The position numbers and the translations under genes are program-made. DNA of 64,000 bases from an uncultured Gemmatimonadaceae bacterium. GTDB taxonomy: Bacteria > Gemmatimonadota > Gemmatimonadetes > Gemmatimonadales > Gemmatimonadaceae. The number at the start of each line of letters is the position of its first letter. The first letter of the stretch is position 1. The stretch is from the NCBI GenBank assembly GCA_963761305.1, contig CAVXGK010000001.1, positions 480,001-544,000 on the forward strand, given 5' to 3'. The notes under the pieces were generated by a model, which did not search any database, was not told the DNA's origin, and saw nothing but the letters and a program-made list of their open reading frames with translations. This document shows positions 38,429 through 48,506 of the stretch, piece by piece.

Positions 38429-40909
38429 TCAGCCGGCCAGCGCCGCTTCCGGACTCTCCACCGGCTCGTCGGTCTTGGGGCCGTCCCACTCGTTGCCGCA
38501 CTTGAGGCATTTGCGGAAATCGCCGCGCGTCTTGTTGAACTTCATCTCCGCGCCGACGAATCCGCATTCGGCGCACTTCTCGTTCACCGGCTTGTTCCAG
38601 GCGACGAAGTCGCAGTCCTCGTTCGAGCAGGCATAGAACGCGGTGCCGCGCTTGCGCGAGCGACGCTCGACCAACTCGCCGCCGTCCTTGGGACAGAACA
38701 CTCCGGTCGGGAGCGAGCGCGTGCCGCGACACTTCGGGAACGTGCTGCACCCGAGGAACTGTCCGCTGCGACCCGTGCGAATCACCATCGGCGCGCCGCA
38801 CACGTGACACTTGTAATCGGTCATCACGGGCTTGGCCTTCTCGCCCTTGATCGGCCGCGTGTACTTGCAGTTCTTCGGATGATTCTCGCAGGCGAGGAAC
38901 GGCCCGAAGAATCCGCCGCGCGGCTCGAGCTTGCCGCCGCAGTCGGGGCAGCGAAGCTCGTGGACCTTCGACAGGTCGTACGCTTCGGCGATCAGCGACG
39001 GCGCGTCCACCTTGTTCAGGCGCGCGGCGAACGGCGAGTAGAAGTCCTTGAGGACTTTCTGCCAACCGAGGTCGCCTTCCTCGACCTTGTCCAGCTCCCC
39101 TTCCATCTCCGACGTGAAGCCCACGTTGAAGATGTCGGGGAACTGCTTGACCATGACCTTCTCGACGCTCTCTCCCAGCTCGGTCGGGAAGAAGCGGCGC
39201 TGGGTCAGCTCCACGTATCGCCGGTCGGCGAGCACGGAGATGATCGACGCGTACGTCGACGGCCGGCCGATGCCGAGCCGCTCCAGCTCCTTCACCAGAC
39301 TCGCCTCGGAAAAACGCGGCGGCGGCTCGGTGAAATGCTGCGTCTGCGTGATCGACTTGCACGGCACCTTCTCGCCGACCTCGACGATCGGGAGCGCCTG
39401 CTCGTCCTCGAGCGTCTTGTGCTCGCCGTCCTCGCGGCCCTCGCGGTAGAGCGCCAGGAACCCCTGGAACTTCACGATCGAGCCCGTGGCGCGGAACAGA
39501 TAGCTGCGGCGTCCGATGTCCGGCTGGTTCGACGACGGAATGTCGAAGTCCACCGTCGTCGTGTCGAAGACGGCGGGCGACATCTGCGACGACATGAAGC
39601 GCTGCCAGATCAGGTTGTAGAGCTTGAACTGGTCCGGCGTGAGATATCGCCTGATCTCGTCGGGGCGGCGCGTCGGATCCGTCGGACGAATCGCCTCGTG
39701 CGCGTCCTGCGCGTTCTTCGATTTGTTGTCGCCGTACAGTTGCACCGCGGCCGACACGTACTCCTGCCCGAACATCGTGCGCAGGTAGTCGCGCGCCTGC
39801 AGCGCCGCGCTCTCCGCGACGCGCGTCGAGTCGGTTCGCATATACGTGATGAGACCCGCCGTCGACTCGTCGCCGAGGTCGATGCCCTCGTAGAGATCCT
39901 GCGCGACGCGCATGGTCCGCTTCGAGCCCATCGAAAGCTTCTTCGCGCCTTCCTGCTGCAACGTCGACGTCGTGAACGGCGCCGAGGGATTCTTGCGCCG
40001 CTCGCGGCGCTTGACCTCGGTGACGTCGAACGCCGTGCGGCCGCTGAGATCCGTGAGGATGCCGTTCGCCTCGGCCTCCGTCGAGATCTCCGCCTTCTTG
40101 CCGTCGATGTGGTGCAGCTTGGCCGTGAACTCCTGCCCGTCCTTGGCGAGCAGCGCTTCGATCGTCCAGTACTCGACCGGCGTGAACGCGCGAATCTCGC
40201 GCTCGCGCTCGACGATCAGCCGTAGCGCGACGGTCTGCACGCGTCCGGCCGAGAGGCCTTTCTTGACGGTCTTCCAGAGCACCGGGCTCGCCTTGTAGCC
40301 CACGAGGCGGTCGAGAACGCGGCGCGCCTGCTGCGCCTCGACTTTCTTCGCGTCGATCTTGCCCGCGTTCTCGATCGCGGCACGCACGGCGTCTTTCGTG
40401 ATCTCGTGAAAGAGCACGCGCTTGATCGGTATGACCGCATCGCCGCGCTTCGGCTTGATCTGCGTCGCCACGTGCTGCGCGATCGCCTCGCCTTCGCGAT
40501 CAGGGTCGGTCGCGATCAGGACCTCACGGCTTTCCTTCGCCGCGCTCTTGATCTCGGCGATCGTCTTTTCCTTGCCCGGGATCGGCACGAGCTCGGGCGT
40601 GAAGCCCTTCTCGACGTCGATGCCAAGCTTCTTCTCGGGCAAGTCCATGATGTGGCCGACGGTCGCGCGAACGCGGTAGCCGCGGCCGAGGTACTTGCCG
40701 ATCGTTTTCGCCTTGGCCGGCGATTCGACGATGACGAGCGAGCTGCCGCCCGCGGTCGCCGGTCCCTCGAAGTACTCGACCGCCGCGCGGCCACGCTTGG
40801 CGGCCGCCTTGGTGGTCGCCTTGCCCTTGGCCGCACGCTTCGCCGACGGGCGGCTCTTCACCGCCCTCGACTTCGTTTTCACTCCCTGCGCACGCTTCTT
40901 CGTTGCCAT
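38429..40909 (-). CDS. topA: DNA topoisomerase I
   Basis: IVESPAKAKTI, ATDPDREGEAI, SAGRVQT, ITYMRTDS, C-terminal zinc ribbons. Confidence 0.98.
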   Translation of the reverse strand: MATKKRAQGVKTKSRAVKSRPSAKRAAKGKATTKAAAKRGRAAVEYFEGPATAGGSSLVIVESPAKAKTIGKYLGRGYRVRATVGHIMDLPEKKLGIDVEKGFTPELVPIPGKEKTIAEIKSAAKESREVLIATDPDREGEAIAQHVATQIKPKRGDAVIPIKRVLFHEITKDAVRAAIENAGKIDAKKVEAQQARRVLDRLVGYKASPVLWKTVKKGLSAGRVQTVALRLIVEREREIRAFTPVEYWTIEALLAKDGQEFTAKLHHIDGKKAEISTEAEANGILTDLSGRTAFDVTEVKRRERRKNPSAPFTTSTLQQEGAKKLSMGSKRTMRVAQDLYEGIDLGDESTAGLITYMRTDSTRVAESAALQARDYLRTMFGQEYVSAAVQLYGDNKSKNAQDAHEAIRPTDPTRRPDEIRRYLTPDQFKLYNLIWQRFMSSQMSPAVFDTTTVDFDIPSSNQPDIGRRSYLFRATGSIVKFQGFLALYREGREDGEHKTLEDEQALPIVEVGEKVPCKSITQTQHFTEPPPRFSEASLVKELERLGIGRPSTYASIISVLADRRYVELTQRRFFPTELGESVEKVMVKQFPDIFNVGFTSEMEGELDKVEEGDLGWQKVLKDFYSPFAARLNKVDAPSLIAEAYDLSKVHELRCPDCGGKLEPRGGFFGPFLACENHPKNCKYTRPIKGEKAKPVMTDYKCHVCGAPMVIRTGRSGQFLGCSTFPKCRGTRSLPTGVFCPKDGGELVERRSRKRGTAFYACSNEDCDFVAWNKPVNEKCAECGFVGAEMKFNKTRGDFRKCLKCGNEWDGPKTDEPVESPEAALAG

Positions 40910-40919
40910 CTCGATGTGT

Positions 40920-41156
40920 TCAGTGAACCGTCTGGTTTGGATCGCCGTCGCCCCGCTGGATGTATCCGGCGCCCTCCATCAGGGACCGGAGATCGTCCAG
41001 CGCGATTCGTCCGTCGATCTGCACAAGTGCTCGTTCTATGATGTGCTCCAACTCGGCCGCATTCAGGGCGCCCGAGCCGCTCAGCGCCAACAGATGTCCC
41101 CACGCTTCAGGAGCAAATCGTCCCCGCTCGTGGGGTCCAAGAACCCGAAAACTCAT
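40920..41156 (-). CDS. Short Smg/DUF494-like protein
   Basis: RVLGPHERGRF..EAWGHLL..GAL...LEHIIERAL; directly upstream of topA. Confidence 0.7.
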   Translation of the reverse strand: MSFRVLGPHERGRFAPEAWGHLLALSGSGALNAAELEHIIERALVQIDGRIALDDLRSLMEGAGYIQRGDGDPNQTVH

Positions 41157-41356
41157 CGCAATCTCTGCCCCGCTTTGTCCTGCAGTATCGGCGGCCGCGG
41201 CCATCATTCGACCGTCAAACAGCCAATGTCCCCAAAGCACGAAGGGGAGGACATCCGATGCTTGTGCATCGCTCCTCGCCCCATGAAATCCGGCCCGCAT
41301 TGTTCGAATCCGGCCTCAGAACCGACGATCAGCCCTGTTGCCGCGGTAACGTAGAA

Positions 41357-41920
41357 TCACCTGGAAAGGGAGGCAAGTTCTGCCACCCGTTCTATAACCT
41401 TTTGCAGACCAAAGAGTTCCGTATCTACCATCTCGTCGGCCGCTTCGTAGGCCGCCAGCCGAGCCCGGTATAGACGCTCCAGTTCGACGAGCGGTTCCGG
41501 CCGCGATAGCAGCGGTCTGAGCGCCCGTTTCGGACCCAAACGCTCGAGGGCCGTCACAGGACGCACTCTAAGGTATATGAGGCGTCCAGGGGGGCACAGC
41601 AGCGAAACCACGCCGGCATCACCAATCCAGCCCCCGCCGGGGGCCAGGATCATGTTTCCGACGAGCTGGAGTTCCTCCGTCAGCTCGCGCTCTTTCTGGC
41701 GGAAATAGCCTTCGCCCTGCTCGGCGAAAATCTGGCCCACGGACCGCCCCTCCCGACGCTCGAGCTCCACGTCGAAGTCGAGGAACGTGCGCCCGAGCCG
41801 CTCGGCCACCGCGGCGCCGACCGTGGATTTCCCCGCCCCCGGCAACCCGACGAGGATCACGTGCGGCTTGGAGGGATCAGCCTCCGAGCCGGGCTGCGAC
41901 GTGCGAAATGTAGGCGTCAT
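41357..41920 (-). CDS. aroK: Shikimate kinase
   Basis: LVGLPGAGKSTVG, GEGYFRQKE, PGGG, RPLL. Confidence 0.93.
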   Translation of the reverse strand: MTPTFRTSQPGSEADPSKPHVILVGLPGAGKSTVGAAVAERLGRTFLDFDVELERREGRSVGQIFAEQGEGYFRQKERELTEELQLVGNMILAPGGGWIGDAGVVSLLCPPGRLIYLRVRPVTALERLGPKRALRPLLSRPEPLVELERLYRARLAAYEAADEMVDTELFGLQKVIERVAELASLSR

Positions 41921-43070
41921 GGTTTCGCCTCGTCTCACCGAGCGAATCTCCGCCGAACTTCTCGAGGAACGCATCAGCAAGTACGAATGCCAACATTGCT
42001 TCGGCGATGACCCCCATCGCCGGGACGGCCGTGACGTCGCTACGCTCGGCGACGGCGGCAGCCGCTTCTCCGCTGGCGACGTCGACCGTCGCGAGCGGAC
42101 GCATCAACGTGCTGATCGGCTTCATGGCGACGCGAACAACCAGCGGCTCGCCGGTCGTCATGCCGCCTTCAAGACCGCCCGCGCGGTTCGTGCGGCGCCG
42201 CACGTTTCCCGTGCGCGGGCTGCCGGGCGCCATCTCGATCTCGTCGTGCACTTCGGCGCCGGTGAGGCGCGACGCCTCAAACCCCATGCCGATCTCGACG
42301 CCTTTCACGGCCGGGATCGACATGATTGCCGCGCCGATGCGGCCGTCGAGCTTGCGGTCCCACGACACGTGCGAACCCAGACCCACCGGCAAGCCGTCGA
42401 CGACGACTTCACAGATGCCGCCGAGCGTGTTTCCGGCGCGCTTGATCTGGTCGATCTTCTCGATCATCCGCTGCTCGGCGTCGGCGTCGAGGGTGCGCAA
42501 CGGCGACTCGTCGGCCGCGGCGTTGATGTTGGCCGGCATCTCGGCCGGCCGCCGCGCGTCGATGCCGCCGAGGTGCGCGACGTGGCTGCCGATGCAGACG
42601 TCGAACTCGCGGAGGAATCGCTTGCAGATCGCGGCCGCGGCCACGCGCGCCGTCGTCTCACGCGCCGACGCCCGCTCGAGGATGTCGCGCGCGTCGTCGC
42701 GGTCGTACTTGAGCAGCCCGGTGAGATCAGCGTGGCCCGGCCGCACACGCGTCACGGCGCGCTTGCGCGGCGTGCCCGGCTCGACGTCCGGCGCCGGGTT
42801 CATGATCTCTTCCCAGTTCTTCCAGTCGCGATTGCGGATCAACATCGCGATCGGCGCGCCGATCGTCTCGCCCGCGCGGACGCCCGAGAGAAATTCCACC
42901 GCGTCCTTCTCGATCTGCATCCGGCGCCCGCGGCCGTACCCTTGTTGACGGCGCGCGAGCTCGGCGTCGACGTCCCCTGAAAGCAGAGGCAGGCCCGCCG
43001 GCATTCCTTCCAGAATGCTCACGAGGGCCTGCCCATGCGATTCTCCAGCGGTCGTGAAGCGTAAGGTCAT
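41877..43070 (-). CDS. aroC: Chorismate synthase
   Basis: TAGESHG, RPGHADL, ERASARET, GGLEGGMT, MKPISTL. Confidence 0.98.
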   Translation of the reverse strand: MTLRFTTAGESHGQALVSILEGMPAGLPLLSGDVDAELARRQQGYGRGRRMQIEKDAVEFLSGVRAGETIGAPIAMLIRNRDWKNWEEIMNPAPDVEPGTPRKRAVTRVRPGHADLTGLLKYDRDDARDILERASARETTARVAAAAICKRFLREFDVCIGSHVAHLGGIDARRPAEMPANINAAADESPLRTLDADAEQRMIEKIDQIKRAGNTLGGICEVVVDGLPVGLGSHVSWDRKLDGRIGAAIMSIPAVKGVEIGMGFEASRLTGAEVHDEIEMAPGSPRTGNVRRRTNRAGGLEGGMTTGEPLVVRVAMKPISTLMRPLATVDVASGEAAAAVAERSDVTAVPAMGVIAEAMLAFVLADAFLEKFGGDSLGETRRNHDAYISHVAARLGG

Positions 43071-43135
43071 GCGTGTATCTTAGCGCCCCACCCTCCTGCC
43101 GCCTCGACCGCGCGTCGCCGCGCGGCCTCCTTCAA

Positions 43136-45700
43136 TTACGGTCCCGGCTTGATGTCCGTCGCCGTGAGATCGATGACGACGAGTCCTTGCTGGCTGACGG
43201 CGAAGACCTTGAGGATCACGTCCGGCGGGTCACCGGGCATCGGCAACGACACGCGGAGCGGCCCGTAGATCGGATTCTTGAGCTGCAGACGCGCGCGGCG
43301 GATGTAGTACGCGATGTCGACGACCTCGATGTTGCCGCTGGCCGACCCGACGAACGCGAGCCGTTGATCCTGCGATGTGAGCACGCCGTTCGCGCCCGGA
43401 TGGAACGCGATGCCGGCGCCGTCGTCGAACGAATCGTATTTGCCCTGCAGTCGGAGATGGAACGGATCGCTGACTGACGCGAAGTACGACTGCAAGCCGT
43501 GCGACGCGACCGTGAGACCGGTCTTGTCGAGCGCGATCCCGAAGTTCTTCTCGGACGCGTTGTCGGTGAGGTCCTGAATCGTGACCAGCGGCGAGAAGAA
43601 GTTGGGCACGGCGCCCGCGCTGTCGGCCACCATCACGACGCGACCCGCGCCGGACGAGTGACCCTCTCCGAAGGCGATCCACTGCTTGTTCCCCGACGCC
43701 GCGACGAAATTCGTGTCCTCGAGGGCGAGCGACGAGATGTCGATGTGCGAGATCAGTTCGGCGTCGCTGCCGCCGGCGACCGCTTCGCCCACCGCGACGA
43801 CCGGATCGGGGTCCGACACGACGATCGAACCCGACGCCTGGCCGTACGGATGATCGAAGATCGTGAGGCGGTCGGACGTGGTGTCCGTGGGCAGCGCCTG
43901 GAAGATCGCGATCGAGTCGACGTTGAACAGCGCGTACTGCTCTGTGGTGGTTTCCTGGATGACGCCGTACTGCCAGATCTGGCGTGGATCCGGAACCGGC
44001 AACGACGGGTCGAGCCACCGCAGGGTGCCGGCAGGCGCGGCGTCGGTGGGGCGCGTCGAGTAGAAGACACGGCCGCCCTTCGATTGTGCGATGTATTGCG
44101 GCCGATCCGAGTAGCTGATCGGGCCGTCCGCCGTCAAACGAATCTTGCCGGTCGTCGCGTCGCGCGTAACGGTGATTGAGAAGAGATACGTATTTCTCGT
44201 GAGAATGCGGTGCGCGAGATCCTCGTGCATCGAGGTCGCGCTGGTCGAGCCGATGAACACGCGGCTGATGTTCGTACCGCCGGAGTTGGCGACGAGCAGC
44301 GTGTCGGGGTTGTTCGAGATCGCCATGCCCCACGGCAGCGAGCCGACGGCGACGGGCGTTTGCGCAAAGCCCTTTCCGCTCGAAGAGCTCTGCCAGATGT
44401 TGAGCAGATTGAAGTTCGTGTTCGACAGGAACACGTTGCCGCGCGCGGCGTCGACCGCGACGTCGCCGATCGTGCCGGACTGCGGCAGCGAGTACGTGCG
44501 GCCATACACCAGTAGCGTGGAGTCGATGACCGCGTTCGCGATGTTGCCTTCAGCGACGAGGTGCGTGGGCGCAACCGCGTAACCGACGCGGCCCGCCTGA
44601 TCGACGGCGAATCCCGTGATACCGAGTCGCTGCCCCTGAAGGGTGCGCGACAGGTTGAGCGGTACCTTGCCGCTGGCGTTCGCGTTGAACGGTCCCGAGA
44701 GCGGCAGTGAATCCGTCTGCACGATGTTGTTGGCCGAGTCGCGGACGATGACGCCGAGCAGCGTGATCGCGTCGCCCGTGGCGCTCACCGACACGGAGTC
44801 GGCGAATTCCGTCTTGGGCGGCACACTTTGCGTGACGCGCGGCTGGGCGGAGCTGGCCGGGCGCACGAACGCCAGCACGGCGGACGACGAACCAGGCTGA
44901 CGATTGGCGTCGACGGCGGTCGACGTCACCGTGATCTTGCCGCGGATGGGCGCATTGATCGGCACGCGCGCGGTGGTCGTGAACGTGACGTCGCGCGGGC
45001 CATCGCTGTAGACCTGCGAAATAGTCGTGTCGAGCTTGGTCGGCCAGTTGGCCTCGCCCTGGACGCGAATGTCGATGCGGCCCACGCCGGCGCCGCTTTG
45101 CGCGCGAGAGGCGACGCTGATGCCGATGCCGGCGGGAACGCTGTCGCCGTTGTTCGGCGCGACGATCGTCACCGTCGGACCCGACACGAGGAGGATCGAA
45201 CGCAATACTGTGTCGGCGCCGCTGGCGTTGTCGAGACCCGAGGCAACGACGAGGAGGCTGTCGAGCGACGTATCGGCGGCGCTGATCGGCTGCAGGTAAC
45301 GACGAATCACGGTGTCCTGCAGACCGGCGCGGAACACGCCCGCCACCGGAATCGGAATCGGCAGGTACCGCGGTGTCAGCGTGTAGGTGCCAAGATCCAC
45401 GCTGCCCTTGGTCGTGAAGCCCTGGACGGTCGCGGACTTCAGTCCCTTGCTGCTATGAAGATGCAGGCGCACGAACACCGAGTCGCCGACGTTGATCAAC
45501 GTGCCGACGGTCGGCGAGTCGACCGACATCGTCAGATTGCCGGCGGTGCTCGAACCAGACGACGTTCCTCCCGTCGTCCCGGTTCCTCCGGTCGGGGACA
45601 CCGAAACCTGCGTGCCCGTGGAGGCAGTCGTGTCGCAGCTCGCGACGATAGCGACACCGGCGGCCAGCCCGGCCAGCCGGACCAAAGATGCTCGAGTCAT
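43136..45700 (-). CDS. Large beta-rich lipoprotein directly downstream of pilQ
   Basis: Lipobox VASC; Ser/Thr/Gly linker; Ig-like repeats, then YVTN-like motifs (VAVGSLPWGMAIS, LLVANSGG). Confidence 0.8.
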   Translation of the reverse strand: MTRASLVRLAGLAAGVAIVASCDTTASTGTQVSVSPTGGTGTTGGTSSGSSTAGNLTMSVDSPTVGTLINVGDSVFVRLHLHSSKGLKSATVQGFTTKGSVDLGTYTLTPRYLPIPIPVAGVFRAGLQDTVIRRYLQPISAADTSLDSLLVVASGLDNASGADTVLRSILLVSGPTVTIVAPNNGDSVPAGIGISVASRAQSGAGVGRIDIRVQGEANWPTKLDTTISQVYSDGPRDVTFTTTARVPINAPIRGKITVTSTAVDANRQPGSSSAVLAFVRPASSAQPRVTQSVPPKTEFADSVSVSATGDAITLLGVIVRDSANNIVQTDSLPLSGPFNANASGKVPLNLSRTLQGQRLGITGFAVDQAGRVGYAVAPTHLVAEGNIANAVIDSTLLVYGRTYSLPQSGTIGDVAVDAARGNVFLSNTNFNLLNIWQSSSSGKGFAQTPVAVGSLPWGMAISNNPDTLLVANSGGTNISRVFIGSTSATSMHEDLAHRILTRNTYLFSITVTRDATTGKIRLTADGPISYSDRPQYIAQSKGGRVFYSTRPTDAAPAGTLRWLDPSLPVPDPRQIWQYGVIQETTTEQYALFNVDSIAIFQALPTDTTSDRLTIFDHPYGQASGSIVVSDPDPVVAVGEAVAGGSDAELISHIDISSLALEDTNFVAASGNKQWIAFGEGHSSGAGRVVMVADSAGAVPNFFSPLVTIQDLTDNASEKNFGIALDKTGLTVASHGLQSYFASVSDPFHLRLQGKYDSFDDGAGIAFHPGANGVLTSQDQRLAFVGSASGNIEVVDIAYYIRRARLQLKNPIYGPLRVSLPMPGDPPDVILKVFAVSQQGLVVIDLTATDIKPGP

Positions 45701-45723
45701 TTCAGGTAGCTCCCGGAGCCGAT

Positions 45724-47898
45724 TTACGGGCGGCTCGGATCGGGCGACTGCCCGTCGTCGATGATGTGAGGCGTGATCAGGATGAGCAGATCACGTTTGG
45801 TTTCCGACCGGTTGGTGACGCCGAAGAGGCGCCCGATGATCGGGAGGTCGACGAGCAGCGGAAGGCCTGTCTTGCTGACGGTAACGCTCGTCTGCGTGAG
45901 ACCGCCCATCACCGTCGTCTCGCCGTCGGCGACCAGAACTTCGTTGTCGACCTTCTGCGTCGGGAACACGGCGCCGACGTCGTTCGACTGGAACTGCACG
46001 TCCGAGTTCTCGACGTGGACGCGCATCTGAATCTGGTGGTTCGCCGTGATCTGCGGGGTGACCGTGAGGATCACGCCCGTTTGCTGCATCTGGACCGTGG
46101 CACGCGGGAAGTTGCCCGTCTGGTTGCCGCCGGCCGAGGCGTCGATGATGCGGATCGGCACTTGCGTGCCGGCCGTGAGGTTCGCCGTGCGGTTGTTCAA
46201 CACCGTGGCGCTCGGCTCGGCCTGCACGTCGAGGAGCGTGTTCGACTGGAGCGCCTCGAGGAAGGTCGTGAAGTTGTAGTTGCCCATCGCCGTCGAGTAG
46301 ACGAGCTGCAGCGCCGCGCTCGGAATGCGCGCCGTGGCGTTGGCGATCGCCGAGATGGTGTTGCCGCCGAGCAGAATCTGGCCCGGCGTGGTGAGCGGCT
46401 GGCCGAGCGAGTCGAGACGGGGAACGATGTCGTTGAAGAACTGCTGCTGCGAACCAAGGTCGTAGCGAAGACCGAGGCCTTCCAGCGTCGTACGATCGAC
46501 GAGGATGATCCTGGCCTTGATGTTGACCTGCGGCTGGCGCAGGTCGAGGCTGCGCGCGTACTCCTCGAGCTCGGGGAGCGCGCTCGGAATGTCGGTGATC
46601 GTCACGCTGTTGGTGATCGTGTCACCGGTGACCGTGCCGCGAACCGGGCACGCAAAGCTCTGTACGATGCTGACCTGGGGATCGGCAGCCGCCGGCGGCG
46701 CCGTCATGCCCGGCGCCTGCATCGCGGCGGGGGCCTGGCCGGCCGTCGCGGTGCGCGTGATCGGGCACGAGCGTGTGAGACGTTCGGCCACCATCGGAGC
46801 GACTGCTTTGGCGCGGGCGTAGTTGAGACGGATCGTCCGATTGCGGAGCGGAATCGTCGACTGACGCGCCGCGATGTTCTCGAACGTGTCGATGACGATG
46901 ACGCCGTCAGGATTGATCGAGACGTCGTAGCCCGATGCGTTCATGACTTCCTTGAGGGCGACGTCCCAGGGGAGATTCGTGATGTTCGCCGTGACGAAGC
47001 CGATCACGCCACGCGCCGGAAGAATCGTGCGGCCGGTGAACGCGGCGAACACGCCGATGACATCACTGATCGGAGCGTTTTCCCAGTTCACGTTGATGCG
47101 TGGTTCCTGCGACTGCTGGGTCTTGGCAGGTTTGGCGGTGGTGATTTCGGCCTGGCGGAACACGAGCTCCGACGGCGCGGCCGTCGCCGACGCGTAACGC
47201 GGCGGCGCAACGTCGCGCTCGGTCGCGAGCAGCGACTCGGCGCGCGCCGGCAGCGTGACGGGCACGACGTCTTCGACAACCTTCTTCGGCGCCGGCGCCG
47301 TCTTGACCGGCGCGGGAGCAGCAGTGGGGACCTGGACCGGGGCGGCGACCGGCGCTGCGGCCGGCGCGGCCACGACCGGCACGGCGTCGGTCACGGTCGC
47401 GGTCGGGCGCGCCTTCGCGGGGCCCGAGCCGACGGACCAGGGATCGAACTTGCCCTTGGCGCCGTCGACGCTGATCCGGACTTCGCCGTCGTTCTGCACG
47501 ACGTTGTACGTGTGCGGCGCGTCGAGGGTGAGCACGACGCGGACCGTGGATTTCGTGAACTGTGAATAGCGAACCCGCGTGATGCCGCCGCGCGCGACGC
47601 CATCATACGAATCGCCGCCGGGCACGCCGAGCGTGGCGCCGGTCAGGTCGACGACGATCTTGTCCGGATTCGTCATCGTGAAGTGTTTGAGCGTGATCGC
47701 ACCGTCGATGCGAATGACGACGTCGGCGCGCGCGCCTCCGGCAGGAGCCGCGGCGTTGGGAACCACGCTGAGCGCGGTCACCTTCGCGTCGTTGGGTGGG
47801 AGCGGCGTGCCCGGGAGCAGCGACGCGGCGGCGGTCTTTCCGCCCACCACGCCGGCCGCGACGAACATCGCCGTAGCCAGAGTCCGGTGCGAAATCAT
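45724..47898 (-). CDS. pilQ: Type IV pilus secretin PilQ (AMIN plus secretin domains)
   Basis: AMIN (NPDKIVVDL), PWDVAL, QVNIKARI, GETTVMGGL, LVDLPIIGRLF, LLILITPHII. Confidence 0.95.
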   Translation of the reverse strand: MISHRTLATAMFVAAGVVGGKTAAASLLPGTPLPPNDAKVTALSVVPNAAAPAGGARADVVIRIDGAITLKHFTMTNPDKIVVDLTGATLGVPGGDSYDGVARGGITRVRYSQFTKSTVRVVLTLDAPHTYNVVQNDGEVRISVDGAKGKFDPWSVGSGPAKARPTATVTDAVPVVAAPAAAPVAAPVQVPTAAPAPVKTAPAPKKVVEDVVPVTLPARAESLLATERDVAPPRYASATAAPSELVFRQAEITTAKPAKTQQSQEPRINVNWENAPISDVIGVFAAFTGRTILPARGVIGFVTANITNLPWDVALKEVMNASGYDVSINPDGVIVIDTFENIAARQSTIPLRNRTIRLNYARAKAVAPMVAERLTRSCPITRTATAGQAPAAMQAPGMTAPPAAADPQVSIVQSFACPVRGTVTGDTITNSVTITDIPSALPELEEYARSLDLRQPQVNIKARIILVDRTTLEGLGLRYDLGSQQQFFNDIVPRLDSLGQPLTTPGQILLGGNTISAIANATARIPSAALQLVYSTAMGNYNFTTFLEALQSNTLLDVQAEPSATVLNNRTANLTAGTQVPIRIIDASAGGNQTGNFPRATVQMQQTGVILTVTPQITANHQIQMRVHVENSDVQFQSNDVGAVFPTQKVDNEVLVADGETTVMGGLTQTSVTVSKTGLPLLVDLPIIGRLFGVTNRSETKRDLLILITPHIIDDGQSPDPSRP

Positions 47899-48506
47899 TT
47901 TCCCCTCGTTCTAGTGGAATCGCCGAGGAACAGAGAGTCCTGGCGAGTCGTTCCGAATTCGTCGATCGTGAAAATCACGGCCTTCATGCGGATGGTGGAC
48001 ACGCGCATACGGCCGAGGGTGGAGCCGACGAACACGCGATACTGCATGTTCGACTGCACATCGCGAAGCGTGGCGACGGACCGGTTGCCGGAATGATCGA
48101 ACAGGATGCCGGTGAGACGGAGATCGCTGAGCGTCGGACGCAGTTCGTTCGTCGCGAGCAGTGAGAAGAACGGATCGCGGCGCCCGTCGCGCGAATACGC
48201 ATACTCTTCGCGCATGATCGCTGATGGCGGCGTGAGCGTGTCCGACTTCGTCCCGATGGACAGGGCCGACTTTTTTCCCGTCGACTTCACGGTATCTCGA
48301 CGCACCTCGCCGGCCGAGGTGGAGACCACGGCCGTCGGGCGCGAAGGCCCGTCCGGCCGCTGCTCCGCCTCGACGTGCGCGGATGCCGCGTTTGCCGCTT
48401 TGTGCGCCGCCGCCTTCGCCGCGGCGAAAGGGGCCTGTGCGAACGACGCCGGTGCAACACCGGCGACGATCACCGAGGCAGCGAGAACAGACGAGAAGCG
48501 GCTCAT
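47895..48506 (-). CDS. pilP: PilP-like protein
   Basis: YSRDGRRDPF and LRLTGIL; located between pilO and pilQ. Confidence 0.7.
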   Translation of the reverse strand: MSRFSSVLAASVIVAGVAPASFAQAPFAAAKAAAHKAANAASAHVEAEQRPDGPSRPTAVVSTSAGEVRRDTVKSTGKKSALSIGTKSDTLTPPSAIMREEYAYSRDGRRDPFFSLLATNELRPTLSDLRLTGILFDHSGNRSVATLRDVQSNMQYRVFVGSTLGRMRVSTIRMKAVIFTIDEFGTTRQDSLFLGDSTRTRGK

